A stretch of DNA of 32,416 bases from a virus (IMGVR_UViG_3300020414_000204:1-32416), one strand, 5' to 3'. Positions 1 to 9,728 are shown, numbered from the stretch's first letter. Numbers and translations: made by a program. Notes: generated by a model from the sequence alone, not told the origin.

Positions 1-1112
1 TCGTTCCAAACCATGTTGCAGAGCAATTCTTTGCCTCTGTTTATCCTACTATTACGTCTGGTAAATCAACGAAAGTCATAATCATCTCCACGCCTAATGG
101 CATGAATCACTTCTACAAAATGTGGGAGGATGCTAGGAGAGGCAAGAATGATTATATCACAAACGAAGTACACTGGTCGCAGGTCCCTGGAAGGGATGCC
201 AAGTGGAAAGAAGAAACAATTAAAAACACATCACCAAGACAGTTCGCACAGGAATTTGAGTGTGACTTCCTTGGTTCTGCTGACACATTAATCAGTCCAT
301 CGAAACTACAGACTATACCATTCCACGATCCAATTGCTAGCAATGCAGGACTTGATATCTACGAAAGAGCACAAGAGGGTAACGAATATATTATTACTGT
401 TGATGTTGCCAGAGGTATCGGTGGTGACTACAGTGCTTTCGTCGTGTTTGACATTACCACTGTTCCGTATAAAATTGTTGCGAAGTTCAGAGATAATGAA
501 ATCAAACCTGTCATGTTTCCCTCGGTAATCTTTAAGGTTGCCAAGCAGTATAACATGCCATACATCCTAGTAGAGGTAAACGACATTGGCGATAGTATTG
601 CTGCTACTCTTAACTACGATTTGGAATATCCTAATGTTCTTATGTGCGCTATGCGCGGTAGAGCAGGACAAGTCGTCGGACAAGGATTCTCAGGAAACAA
701 AACACAATTAGGTGTTAAGATGAGTGTGACCGTCAAGAAGATTGGTTGTGCTAACTTAAAAGCAATCGTTGAGGAAGACAAGTTGTTGTTCAATGACTTC
801 CAGATCTTCCAAGAGCTAACTACATTTGTGCAGAAGAAACAAGCGTGGGAAGCAGACGAAGGATACCATGATGACTTAGTTATGTGCATGGTATTATTTG
901 CATGGTTAGTCATGCAAGAATACTTTAAAGAGATGACCGACCAGGACATCCGTAGGAGAATTTATGAAGAACAAAGAAATCAAATTGAACAAGATATGGC
1001 TCCTTTTGGGTTTGTTGATGACGGCTTGGGTGACGATACCTTCGTGGATGACGACGGAACTGTGTGGTACGGCACAACTCAGGAAGAAGTATCCTATATG
1101 TGGAACTACTGA
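1..1112 (+). CDS. gp17: Terminase large subunit, 5'-truncated by window edge
   Basis: Frame is open from base 3 (VPNHVAEQFFASVYPTITSGKSTKVIIISTPNGMNHFY). Shows the STPNG motif, FAQEFEC, nuclease motifs VDVARG.GGDYS and HDDLVM, and lies upstream of the tail sheath as in T4. Confidence 0.97.
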   Translation, partial: VPNHVAEQFFASVYPTITSGKSTKVIIISTPNGMNHFYKMWEDARRGKNDYITNEVHWSQVPGRDAKWKEETIKNTSPRQFAQEFECDFLGSADTLISPSKLQTIPFHDPIASNAGLDIYERAQEGNEYIITVDVARGIGGDYSAFVVFDITTVPYKIVAKFRDNEIKPVMFPSVIFKVAKQYNMPYILVEVNDIGDSIAATLNYDLEYPNVLMCAMRGRAGQVVGQGFSGNKTQLGVKMSVTVKKIGCANLKAIVEEDKLLFNDFQIFQELTTFVQKKQAWEADEGYHDDLVMCMVLFAWLVMQEYFKEMTDQDIRRRIYEEQRNQIEQDMAPFGFVDDGLGDDTFVDDDGTVWYGTTQEEVSYMWNY

Positions 1113-1336
1113 TGGATATTGGAGATCAATTCAGTCTGGACCACCTTCTTTTTACAGAGAGAAAATGTAGGACATGTGGACAAACCAAAGATCTTCTTAC
1201 AGACTATTATTTGATTCGCAAACATAAAAAAAATATGCGATCTGCATATTCATATGAATGTAAGGAGTGTACTAAGAAAAGAATTTTAAGTAAGAGAAAG
1301 TCCGATACTGCAAAGTGGGAGTATCCTGACTGGTAG
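1112..1336 (+). CDS. Small zinc-finger protein (CxxC...CxxC), 74 aa
   Basis: ATG at 1112 overlaps the gp17 stop (TGATG). Has CRTC and CKEC pairs and is basic. Confidence 0.75.
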   Translation: MDIGDQFSLDHLLFTERKCRTCGQTKDLLTDYYLIRKHKKNMRSAYSYECKECTKKRILSKRKSDTAKWEYPDW

Positions 1337-1376
1337 TATGTTCATGCATTGTTTCCCCTCTGAAAATACTCCTATT

Positions 1377-1384
1377 CATAAATA
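1377..1384 (+). promoter_or_regulatory. T4-type late (gp55) promoter for gp18
   Basis: CATAAATA, 7/8 match to TATAAATA, intergenic, about 37 nt before the gp18 ATG (SD AGGAG present). Confidence 0.8.
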
Positions 1385-1421
1385 TTTTTAGATTAATTGG
1401 ACATTCAATAGGAGTCTAAAC

Positions 1422-3818
1422 ATGGCAAGTCAAATCTCGCCTGGTGTTGTTCTAAGAGAACGAGACCTGTCGAATGCAGTAATTGTCAATACATCTAGTA
1501 TTACTGGTGCATTCGCCTCCACATTCCAGAAAGGACCAATTGGAGAAGTTGTAAATGTATCTTCCCAAAAGGATCTACTCTCAGTATTCGGTAAGCCTTC
1601 TGATGCTAACGCAGAAGATTGGTTCGTTGCATCTGAGTTCCTAGGATATGGTGGTCAACTCGCTGTCGTTAGAGCAGAGACAGGTGCTCTAAACGCTGCT
1701 GATGATGGGGCTGGTGTCCTAGTCAGAAACGAGGCAGATTGGGAAGGCGGCACAGGCACATCTAAAAAGTTTGTAGCACGCTCTGCAGGCGCATGGGGTT
1801 CCGCTCTGAAGGTTGTTGTAGTTGACGCTGGTGCTGACCAGTATGTCACCTTCGGTGCTGCTCCTGCTGGTATTGCAGTTGATAGTCAACTAACCTTCGT
1901 TGGTGGTGCAACTGGTAGAGTTCTCAGCTATGACGCTGCTACTCTAACCGCTGCAGTTGCTCTCGATGGTACAACTAGACTCACAACCGCTGATCAACTA
2001 GACATTCCTGACACTGGTATCGCAGCAAGCACCACGACTCTAGTCGGTGGTACTGGATACCAAGCAGCATCCGCTGCTGCTACCACTGGTGGTTCTGGAT
2101 CTGGTCTAACTGTTGATGTTGCAGTTGCAGTTGGTGTTCCTCAAACAATTACACTAGCATCTGGCGGTGCATCTTATGCAACGGGTGCTAACATTGCTAC
2201 CACAGGTGGTACTGGTTCTGGTTTGACAGTTGATGTTGTTGTTACAACTGGTGTTGTCACATCTGTCGTACTCAACTCACCTGGAACTGGATACACAGTT
2301 GGAGATACAATCTCTATTGCTGGTGGTAACAGCGGTGCAACATTTACTGTTGACACTGTAGAGGGTGCAGTTACTGGAGTAACAATCGTTGCTGGTGGTA
2401 CTGGATACCTAGTTGGTGATACTGTAACCGTTTCTGGTGGTGGTGCTGACGCAACCTTCGATGTTGCTTCTGTTACTGACACTCAGATTGCAGTTTCTGC
2501 AGTTTCTGACTGGTATACAAACACTGAAATTGCTGGTACTGGATTGAAACTATCCGCTATCGGTCCTCGTCCTGGAACATCTGGTTTCGCTGCTGCTAAT
2601 AACATCAGCAAGGACGAAGTTCATGTGGCAGTTATTGATGTAACTGGCGCTGTTACTGGTGCTGCTAACACAGTCGTAGAGCGTCTAACATATCTCTCTA
2701 AACTTTCCGATGCGAAGAGTGCTGAAGGTGCTAACGCTTACTTCAAGTCTGTTCTAAATGAGCAGTCTGAGTATGTCTTCCATGGTGCAGGACTATCTCC
2801 TGTAACTACTGGTGCTGGTTGGTATGCTGGATCTGATGCTACTACTGGTGCTATGGCACTTGGTGGTGCTTTGGAAACAAGTCTATCTGGTGGTACTGAC
2901 GACTACGCATACACTGCTGGTGAAATCTCTGCTGCATATGACGAGTTTGCTGATGCAGAAAATGTTCGCGCTGACTTTATCCTCATGGGTGGATCTGGTG
3001 CTAACGAGACAGACACCAAAGCAAAAGCTGCTAAGGCAATTGCTGTTGCAGCAGGACGCAGAGACTCTATTGCATTCATCTCTCCTTACAGAGGAAACCA
3101 AATCGGTAATGCTGGTGCTCTGAACAAAGTACAGCAGAAAGAAAACACTCTAGCATTCTTTGCTGGAATGACTTCTACTTCCTACGCTGTATTTGACAGT
3201 GGTTACAAGTACATGTACGACCGCTTCAACGACAAGTATCGTTACATTCCTTGCAATGGTGATATTGCTGGTCTATGTGTTTCAACCTCTGCCGCTCTAG
3301 ATGATTGGTTCTCTCCTGCTGGTTTATCCAGAGGTGGTGTTCGCAACGCTATCAAGCTTGCATACAACCCAACTAAGGCAGATAGAGACGAACTTTACAG
3401 CGCAAGAATCAACCCAATTGTTTCTGTTGCTGGCAGTGGCATCGTTCTTTACGGTGATAAGACTGCACTTGCATCTCCTTCCGCATTCGACAGAATCAAT
3501 GTTCGCCGTCTCTTCCTCAACATTGAGAAGAGAGTTGAAGGACTTGCTAAGGGAGTTCTCTTTGAACTCAACGACGAACTGACTCGTTCCAACTTCTCTG
3601 CTGCAGTCAATGCATATCTAAGTGAAGTTCAGGCAAGACAAGGACTCCAGGATTATCTGGTTGTCTGCGACACTTCCAACAACACACCTGATGTCATTGA
3701 TCGCAATGAGTTTGTTGCTGAACTATTCCTGAAACCAACTCGCTCGATCAACTATGTTACTGTAACATTTACAGCAACTAGAACTGGCGTAAGTTTCAGC
3801 GAAGTAGTCGGACGCTGA
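1422..3818 (+). CDS. gp18: Tail sheath protein with Gly-rich insertion
   Basis: N-terminal SPGVVLRERD, C-terminal WFSPAG..RG, RINVRRLF and KPTRSINYV.VTF.ATRTGVSF.E. Confidence 0.97.
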   Translation: MASQISPGVVLRERDLSNAVIVNTSSITGAFASTFQKGPIGEVVNVSSQKDLLSVFGKPSDANAEDWFVASEFLGYGGQLAVVRAETGALNAADDGAGVLVRNEADWEGGTGTSKKFVARSAGAWGSALKVVVVDAGADQYVTFGAAPAGIAVDSQLTFVGGATGRVLSYDAATLTAAVALDGTTRLTTADQLDIPDTGIAASTTTLVGGTGYQAASAAATTGGSGSGLTVDVAVAVGVPQTITLASGGASYATGANIATTGGTGSGLTVDVVVTTGVVTSVVLNSPGTGYTVGDTISIAGGNSGATFTVDTVEGAVTGVTIVAGGTGYLVGDTVTVSGGGADATFDVASVTDTQIAVSAVSDWYTNTEIAGTGLKLSAIGPRPGTSGFAAANNISKDEVHVAVIDVTGAVTGAANTVVERLTYLSKLSDAKSAEGANAYFKSVLNEQSEYVFHGAGLSPVTTGAGWYAGSDATTGAMALGGALETSLSGGTDDYAYTAGEISAAYDEFADAENVRADFILMGGSGANETDTKAKAAKAIAVAAGRRDSIAFISPYRGNQIGNAGALNKVQQKENTLAFFAGMTSTSYAVFDSGYKYMYDRFNDKYRYIPCNGDIAGLCVSTSAALDDWFSPAGLSRGGVRNAIKLAYNPTKADRDELYSARINPIVSVAGSGIVLYGDKTALASPSAFDRINVRRLFLNIEKRVEGLAKGVLFELNDELTRSNFSAAVNAYLSEVQARQGLQDYLVVCDTSNNTPDVIDRNEFVAELFLKPTRSINYVTVTFTATRTGVSFSEVVGR

Positions 3819-3833
3819 TTATAACATCGTTAC

Positions 3834-3841
3834 AATAAATA
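3834..3841 (+). promoter_or_regulatory. Late promoter for gp19
   Basis: AATAAATA in the gp18-gp19 spacer, followed by SD GAGG. Confidence 0.75.
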
Positions 3842-3863
3842 AGCTCTAAGAGGTTAAAAACAA

Positions 3864-4442
3864 ATGGCAATTTCAAGTAACGTCGAAGGTTTCCTACAGA
3901 AGGTAGCGTCTGGCGTAAGACCAAATATGTTTGAGGTGGGGATTACATTCCCCACTGGGATCACTGCTGATACTGGTTTGGTAAACATCTTATGTAAATC
4001 TGCAGCACTTCCTGCTTCCAGTGTTGGAACTATTGAAGTTCCTTTCCGTGGAAGAACAGTTAAGATTGCTGGAGACAGAACATTCGATAACTGGACTGCA
4101 ACCTTTATCAACGATAAGGACATGAAGGTTCGTCAATACTTCGAGAAGTGGTTGAATCTCATCAATGCTCATGAGGATAACACAGCAGAAGCATTTAGTC
4201 CTACTGCTTCTGGTAAGTACACTTCCGATGTATATGTTTCCCAACTCAAGAAGGATGAAACAACTGAAGGTTCTCTATTGAGAAAGTACAAACTCTGGTA
4301 TGCATTCCCAACTAGCGTTTCTCAGATCGATCTTGCTTATGATAGCAATGATCAGGTTGAAGAATTCTCTGTAGAATTCCAATACTCTTATTGGACCGTC
4401 GAATCTGATGGTGCTCCAAATGACGGTATTGCAATCGACTAA
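3864..4442 (+). CDS. gp19: Tail tube protein
   Basis: RPNMFEV, VPFRGRTVKIAGDRTFDNWT and EEFSVEFQY motifs; position after gp18. Confidence 0.96.
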   Translation: MAISSNVEGFLQKVASGVRPNMFEVGITFPTGITADTGLVNILCKSAALPASSVGTIEVPFRGRTVKIAGDRTFDNWTATFINDKDMKVRQYFEKWLNLINAHEDNTAEAFSPTASGKYTSDVYVSQLKKDETTEGSLLRKYKLWYAFPTSVSQIDLAYDSNDQVEEFSVEFQYSYWTVESDGAPNDGIAID

Positions 4443-4445
4443 ATA
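4438..4445 (+). promoter_or_regulatory. Late promoter for gp20, overlapping the gp19 stop codon
   Basis: ACTAAATA, whose TAA is the gp19 stop. Confidence 0.6.
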
Positions 4446-4473
4446 GACTTACGAGTCATTTTAGTTTTTAGTA

Positions 4474-6168
4474 ATGAGTCAGTTATTTGGTTTTCAAATT
4501 AACAGAAAGGAGGGAAAGAAGGGTGCGTCCCCTGTCCCTCCTTCTGCTGACGAGCCCGTTGCAGTTGCTGCAGGGGGCTATTTTGGTACTTATGTAGATC
4601 TTGATAACAATGGTCGCGATGAGTTTGAACTCATTCGCCGCTATCGTGACATGGCACTACATCCAGAAGTTGACAGTGCTGTTGATGAAGTAGTAAACGA
4701 ATTCGTTGTTAACGATAACAACGATAGTTGTGTAGATATCAATCTAGAGAATCTAGAACTTGGTGCTGGTGTAAAGAAAAAAATCCGTGAGGAGTTTGGT
4801 TACATCAAGCGTCTACTCAACTTTGATGATCGCGCACATGAGATCATCAGAAATTGGTATGTTGATGGTAGAATTTTCTATCACAAAGTAATTGATCTAG
4901 AGGCACCGAAGAAAGGTATCCTTGAATTAAGGTACATCGATCCTCTAAAGATTAAAAAGATTCGCCAGAAAACAAAGCAACAGAAATCCCTAACACCTGC
5001 AGAAGCACAGTCTGCAAAAGGCATGGACTGGGGTGGTTATGTTGATTACTATCTGTACAATCCACGCGGATACATTCGCGGTGGTGCCCTTGGTCCTGTT
5101 GGAGACATGTCCAACAATCAAGGAATCAAGATGGCAACAGACTCCATCACATTCTGTTCATCTGGTCTTCAAGATTTGAACAAGAGACTTACTCTAAGTT
5201 TCCTGCATAAAGCAATCAAGTCTCTCAATCAACTTAGAATGATTGAAGATGCTTTGGTTATCTATCGTTTGTCTCGCGCACCTGAGCGTAGAATTTTCTA
5301 CATTGATGTTGGTAATCTACCAAAGGTAAAAGCGGAACAATACTTGCGTGATGTCATGGCACGCTATCGTAATAAACTAGTGTATGACGCTAGCACTGGT
5401 GAGATTCGTGACGACAAAAAGCATATGAGTATGCTTGAGGATTTCTGGTTGCCTCGTAGAGAGGGTGGTCGTGGAACTGAGATTACCACGCTGCCTGGAG
5501 GACAGAACCTTGGCGAACTCAAGGATGTTGAGTATTTTAAAAAGAAACTTTATAACTCTCTCAACCTTCCTCCTTCTAGACTCACCGACGATAATAAAGG
5601 ATTCAATCTCGGTAAAACAACTGAGGTCCTCCGTGACGAACTTAAGTTCACTAAGTTCATCGGTCGTCTCCGTAAGCGATTCAGCGAACTCTTCCACGAT
5701 ATTCTCAAAACTCAGCTCATCCTCAAGGGAGTAATCTCTCCTGAAGATTGGGATGACATGAAGGATCATATTCAATATGATTACCTTTTCGACAATCATT
5801 TCAATGAGTTGAAAGAACTTGAGATGACTACTCAGCGTATGAATCTAGTCACTCAAATGGATCCTTTCGTTGGAAAGTATTTCTCTATCGAACATATCCG
5901 CAGAGAAATTCTACAGCAGAAGGAGACTGAGTACAAAGAAATTGAGAAGCAGATGCAAAGTGAGATCGATAACGGTCTCGTTATGTCACCTGCTGATATG
6001 AATACCTTTGACACGATGGATCGTCAGAATGCTGCATTTGCTCCAGAAATTCAGCAACAGCAAGCAGATGATGCTGCTGCTCGTGAGCAGGAAAAAGCAG
6101 ACGACGCACATAAGAAGCAGTTGGAAATGCAGAAGTCCGCGCCTAAACCATCCCCAAATACTAAATAA
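4474..6168 (+). CDS. gp20: Portal vertex protein
   Basis: IYRLSRAPERRIFYIDVGNLPK.KAEQY and EDFWLPRREGGRGTEITTLPGG signatures. Confidence 0.98.
   Translation: MSQLFGFQINRKEGKKGASPVPPSADEPVAVAAGGYFGTYVDLDNNGRDEFELIRRYRDMALHPEVDSAVDEVVNEFVVNDNNDSCVDINLENLELGAGVKKKIREEFGYIKRLLNFDDRAHEIIRNWYVDGRIFYHKVIDLEAPKKGILELRYIDPLKIKKIRQKTKQQKSLTPAEAQSAKGMDWGGYVDYYLYNPRGYIRGGALGPVGDMSNNQGIKMATDSITFCSSGLQDLNKRLTLSFLHKAIKSLNQLRMIEDALVIYRLSRAPERRIFYIDVGNLPKVKAEQYLRDVMARYRNKLVYDASTGEIRDDKKHMSMLEDFWLPRREGGRGTEITTLPGGQNLGELKDVEYFKKKLYNSLNLPPSRLTDDNKGFNLGKTTEVLRDELKFTKFIGRLRKRFSELFHDILKTQLILKGVISPEDWDDMKDHIQYDYLFDNHFNELKELEMTTQRMNLVTQMDPFVGKYFSIEHIRREILQQKETEYKEIEKQMQSEIDNGLVMSPADMNTFDTMDRQNAAFAPEIQQQQADDAAAREQEKADDAHKKQLEMQKSAPKPSPNTK
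6160..6167 (+). promoter_or_regulatory. Late promoter for prohead core genes
   Basis: ACTAAATA at the end of gp20. Confidence 0.6.
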
Positions 6169-6188
6169 ATTTATAGTGTAATCTTAAC

Positions 6189-6401
6189 ATGGCAGACCAA
6201 TCAAACCCTGAGTCTGAATTTGTGAACATCGTGAACGCAATTTCAGATAATAAAAGAGCAGAGGCGATCGATGCTATACACGATATGTTGTATGCAAAAG
6301 CATCGGACGCTATGACTTCATACAAAGGAGTTGTAGCAAAGTCTTTCTTTGATGAACCAGTAGGAGATACTCCAAATGAAACTGATAACGGAACAGATTG
6401 A
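6189..6401 (+). CDS. Small acidic protein, putative prohead core protein (position of T4 gp67/gp68)
   Basis: 70 aa ORF filling the gp20-gp21 gap; function inferred from synteny only. Confidence 0.7.
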   Translation: MADQSNPESEFVNIVNAISDNKRAEAIDAIHDMLYAKASDAMTSYKGVVAKSFFDEPVGDTPNETDNGTD

Positions 6402-7020
6402 AGATGTAAAAATTATCACCGAGGGAACTGGTGATAGTAAGAAGCTTTATATTGAAGGCGTTTTTCTTCAGTCCGAATTGAGAAATCGTAATGGAAGAGT
6501 ATATCCATTTGCGGTTCTTGAGAAAGAGGTCAATCGCTACAACGAAGAGTATGTAAAAACAAATCGTGCTCTTGGTGAACTAGGTCATCCAGACGGTCCA
6601 TCCGTCAACTTGGATAGAGTGTCCCACAGAATTACTTCTCTCAAAGCAGAGGGAAATAACTTTATGGGTAAGGCACAAATCCTTGGCACACCTATGGGTA
6701 AGATTGCTGAGTCTCTCCTCGGGGAGGGTGTACAACTCGGCGTATCTTCCAGAGGCATGGGTAGCATCGACAAGCGTGAAGATGCTAACTATGTAATGGA
6801 TGATTTCATGCTTGCAACTGCAGCGGACATCGTTGCAGATCCATCCGCACCTGATGCTTTCGTCAATGGAATCATGGAAGGTAAAGAGTGGGTCTGGGAT
6901 AACGGTATCCTTAAAGAATCTAAAGTTGCTAAATACCACAGGTACATGAGCGAGTCTACTCGCCAGTCTTTAGAGGAAAGAACGCTTAAAGTGTTCGAGG
7001 ATTTCCTTGGTAGACTGTAA
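6376..7020 (+). CDS. gp21: Prohead core scaffold/protease
   Basis: NRNGRVYP, ALGELGHP, GVSSRGMGS and DIVADPSAPDAFV motifs; SD AGGAG. Confidence 0.97.
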   Translation: MKLITEQIEDVKIITEGTGDSKKLYIEGVFLQSELRNRNGRVYPFAVLEKEVNRYNEEYVKTNRALGELGHPDGPSVNLDRVSHRITSLKAEGNNFMGKAQILGTPMGKIAESLLGEGVQLGVSSRGMGSIDKREDANYVMDDFMLATAADIVADPSAPDAFVNGIMEGKEWVWDNGILKESKVAKYHRYMSESTRQSLEERTLKVFEDFLGRL

Positions 7021-7022
7021 TT

Positions 7023-7030
7023 CATAAATA
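7023..7030 (+). promoter_or_regulatory. Late promoter for gp22-gp23
   Basis: CATAAATA immediately after the gp21 stop. Confidence 0.8.
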
Positions 7031-7065
7031 AAGATATAATCATAACATTTACGGGAAGACTCAAA

Positions 7066-8217
7066 ATGTCAGATATGTTAAACGAAAAGTTTGAGGAGTT
7101 TCTGGGCGAGCAGCAGGTCGTTATGGAAGCGGGAGCACAGGATCCCATGCCTAGTGTTACTGCCACAGTAATTCCTGGTACAGGTTCAGATCCCTCAGCA
7201 GTTTCGGGTGATCCTCAGCAGCGCGGTGCGGGAAAAGACCCAATGCCTACTGTTCCAACATCCGTTGCACCTAATCAGTCACAAACTGATCTTGGCGGAT
7301 CCCAATCTGAACCCCTTCACTCAAACAAAGAAGAAGGCGAAGAAAATCCTGGCGCTAAAGCAGCAGCACCTGTATCACAAGACACTAGTGCAACTTCAAC
7401 TTCTGGCGCACCTGGCAGTGATCCAACACCTTCCGTTGGCGCGGAAGTTGCATATGGAACCAAGAAAGGTCCTGACGTATCTTATCCTATCAAACCAGCA
7501 TTTGAAGAGCTGGATATGTCCTCCGACATCAGTGCCCTCGTAGAAGGTACTGAACTCTCCGAAGAATTTGCTGAGAAAGCAAAAACAATTTTTGAAGCAG
7601 CAGTCAAAGCAAAGATTTCTGAGGAGTATGACAAGCTTGTAGAGCATTTCGCTAACGAATTAGAGAAGCAACTTGAGTCCGCTAAAGCAGATCTCTCTGA
7701 AGAAGTTAACGGAACTGTAAACTACGCAGTCACTCAATGGCTAGAAGAAAATCAAGTAGCTGTTGATCGTGGCATCAGAAATGAGATCACATCAGACTTC
7801 ATCGCAGGTCTCAAAGGTCTCTTTGAAGAGCACTACATCTCTATCCCCGACGACAAGGTTGACGTGGTAGAGGGTATGGCTGAATCTATTCGTGAGATGG
7901 AAACTCGCCTTGACGAACAGGTCAAAGCAAATGTGAAACTACAAAATCGTCTTAATGAGTCTGCCAAACTCAATATTCTGTCCACTGTGTCAGAAGGACT
8001 TGCAGATACTCAGAAAGAAAAACTCGCAGCACTTGCTGAGGGTCTAGAGTTTGTTTCGGAAGAAACATTCGCTAAGAAAGTTGCTACTATCAAGGAGTCA
8101 TACTTCAAGGAAGCAGCAGCACCTGCAGCAGAGGTTGCAGATGAAACTCCAGTTGAGTCCGAAGATATTTCACCAGCAATGGCACAATATCTTCAGGCAA
8201 TGAATCGCTGGAAGTGA
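7066..8217 (+). CDS. gp22: Prohead core (scaffolding) protein
   Basis: LSEEFAEKAKTIFEAAV, acidic coiled coil, IKESYF; located between gp21 and gp23. Confidence 0.93.
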   Translation: MSDMLNEKFEEFLGEQQVVMEAGAQDPMPSVTATVIPGTGSDPSAVSGDPQQRGAGKDPMPTVPTSVAPNQSQTDLGGSQSEPLHSNKEEGEENPGAKAAAPVSQDTSATSTSGAPGSDPTPSVGAEVAYGTKKGPDVSYPIKPAFEELDMSSDISALVEGTELSEEFAEKAKTIFEAAVKAKISEEYDKLVEHFANELEKQLESAKADLSEEVNGTVNYAVTQWLEENQVAVDRGIRNEITSDFIAGLKGLFEEHYISIPDDKVDVVEGMAESIREMETRLDEQVKANVKLQNRLNESAKLNILSTVSEGLADTQKEKLAALAEGLEFVSEETFAKKVATIKESYFKEAAAPAAEVADETPVESEDISPAMAQYLQAMNRWK

Positions 8218-8254
8218 TTATTAATTAACCCTATTTTCCCATTCGGAGCTAAAA

Positions 8255-9646
8255 ATGTTTAACGCACAAGCTCTAACCGAAAAGTGGGCACCTGTTCTAG
8301 GTCATGAAGGCACTTCTGCCATCACCGACAACTATAGAAAGAGTGTTACCGCTGTTCTGTTAGAAAACCAAGAAAGATTCATGCGCGAAGAGCGTGGCAT
8401 GATCAACGAAGCAGGTGGTGCAGCAGGTAACCTTGCTGGCGCTATCGGTGGCAACGCACTTTCAGGTTCTGGTCTAACCACCCAAACTGGTGGTCTCGCA
8501 GGTTTCGACCCTGTAATGATCAGCCTCATCCGTCGTGCAATGCCTAACCTCGTTGCATATGACATCTGTGGTGTCCAGCCTATGTCTGGTCCTACTGGTC
8601 TCATCTTCGCAATGAAGTCACACTACGAAGGTCGCGACGGTGCTGAAGCACTATACAACGAGCCTGATTCTGACTTCTCTGCAGGATTCGATGCAACCGC
8701 AAATGCATACGATACTGCTAACCCAGTTGCAGGCAGCAACCCTGGTCTCCTCAACGATTCCCCTGCTGGTACTTACGAGCGTGGCGCTAAGCCAATGGAT
8801 CGTGAAGACGCTGAGGCACTAGGAGAAAGCGGAAAACTATTCCGCGAGATGTCATTCAGCATTGAGAAAACTGCTGTCACCGCACAGTCCAGAGCTCTCA
8901 AAGCAGAATACACTCTAGAACTAGCACAAGACCTCAAGGCGATCCATGGTCTTGATGCTGAGCAGGAACTTGCTAACATTCTGTCTAGCGAGATCCTTGC
9001 TGAGATCAACCGTGAAGTTGTTCGTACTGTATACACCATCGCTAAGCCTGGTGCTCAGAACAACACTGCTAACGCTGGTCGCTTTGACCTTGACGTTGAC
9101 TCCAACGGCAGATGGTCAGTTGAAAAATTCAAGGGACTTATGTTCCAGATTGAGCGTGACGCTAACGCAATCGCACAGGAAACTCGTAGAGGAAAGGGCA
9201 ACTTCATCATCACTTCTGCTGATGTTGCTTCTGCTCTCGCGATGTCTGGTACTCTAGACTACACCTCTGGTCTAACTGGTGCTGGTGGTCCTTCCATCGG
9301 TGAAGTTGATGACACTGGTAACCTACTAGTTGGTACTATCAACGGACGCATCAAGGTCTTCGTTGATCCTTACTCTGCTAATGTTTCTGACTCCCACTAC
9401 TATGTGGTCGGTTACAAAGGTACTTCCCCATATGACGCAGGACTCTTCTACTGCCCATATGTACCGCTCCAGATGGTCAGATCTATTGGTCCTGACACCT
9501 TCCAACCAAAAATTGGATTTAAGACTCGCTACGGCATGGTCGCTAATCCATTCGTTAGAAAGGCAAATGGTGATCCTGATGCTGAAGCACTTACTGCTTC
9601 CCGCAACCAGTATTACCGTCGTGTTATGGTTCAAAACCTCATGTGA
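8255..9646 (+). CDS. gp23: Major capsid protein
   Basis: DICGVQPMSGPTGLIFAM, KAEYTLELAQDLKAIHGLDAE.EL and FQPKIGFKTRYG. Confidence 0.99.
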   Translation: MFNAQALTEKWAPVLGHEGTSAITDNYRKSVTAVLLENQERFMREERGMINEAGGAAGNLAGAIGGNALSGSGLTTQTGGLAGFDPVMISLIRRAMPNLVAYDICGVQPMSGPTGLIFAMKSHYEGRDGAEALYNEPDSDFSAGFDATANAYDTANPVAGSNPGLLNDSPAGTYERGAKPMDREDAEALGESGKLFREMSFSIEKTAVTAQSRALKAEYTLELAQDLKAIHGLDAEQELANILSSEILAEINREVVRTVYTIAKPGAQNNTANAGRFDLDVDSNGRWSVEKFKGLMFQIERDANAIAQETRRGKGNFIITSADVASALAMSGTLDYTSGLTGAGGPSIGEVDDTGNLLVGTINGRIKVFVDPYSANVSDSHYYVVGYKGTSPYDAGLFYCPYVPLQMVRSIGPDTFQPKIGFKTRYGMVANPFVRKANGDPDAEALTASRNQYYRRVMVQNLM

Positions 9647-9667
9647 TATTTGTTCACAAATCAATAC

Positions 9668-9694
9668 AAGGACCCCACAAGGGGTCCTTTTTTT
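9668..9694 (+). terminator. Rho-independent terminator after gp23
   Basis: AAGGACCCC-ACAA-GGGGTCCTT followed by a T tract. Confidence 0.92.
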
Positions 9695-9696
9695 AT

Positions 9697-9704
9697 GTTA
9701 AATA
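9697..9704 (+). promoter_or_regulatory. Possible late promoter for the microprotein cluster
   Basis: GTTAAATA directly after the terminator, 24 nt before the ATG at 9729. Confidence 0.5.
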
Positions 9705-9728
9705 GATACTATAGTTGTAATTAAAATT

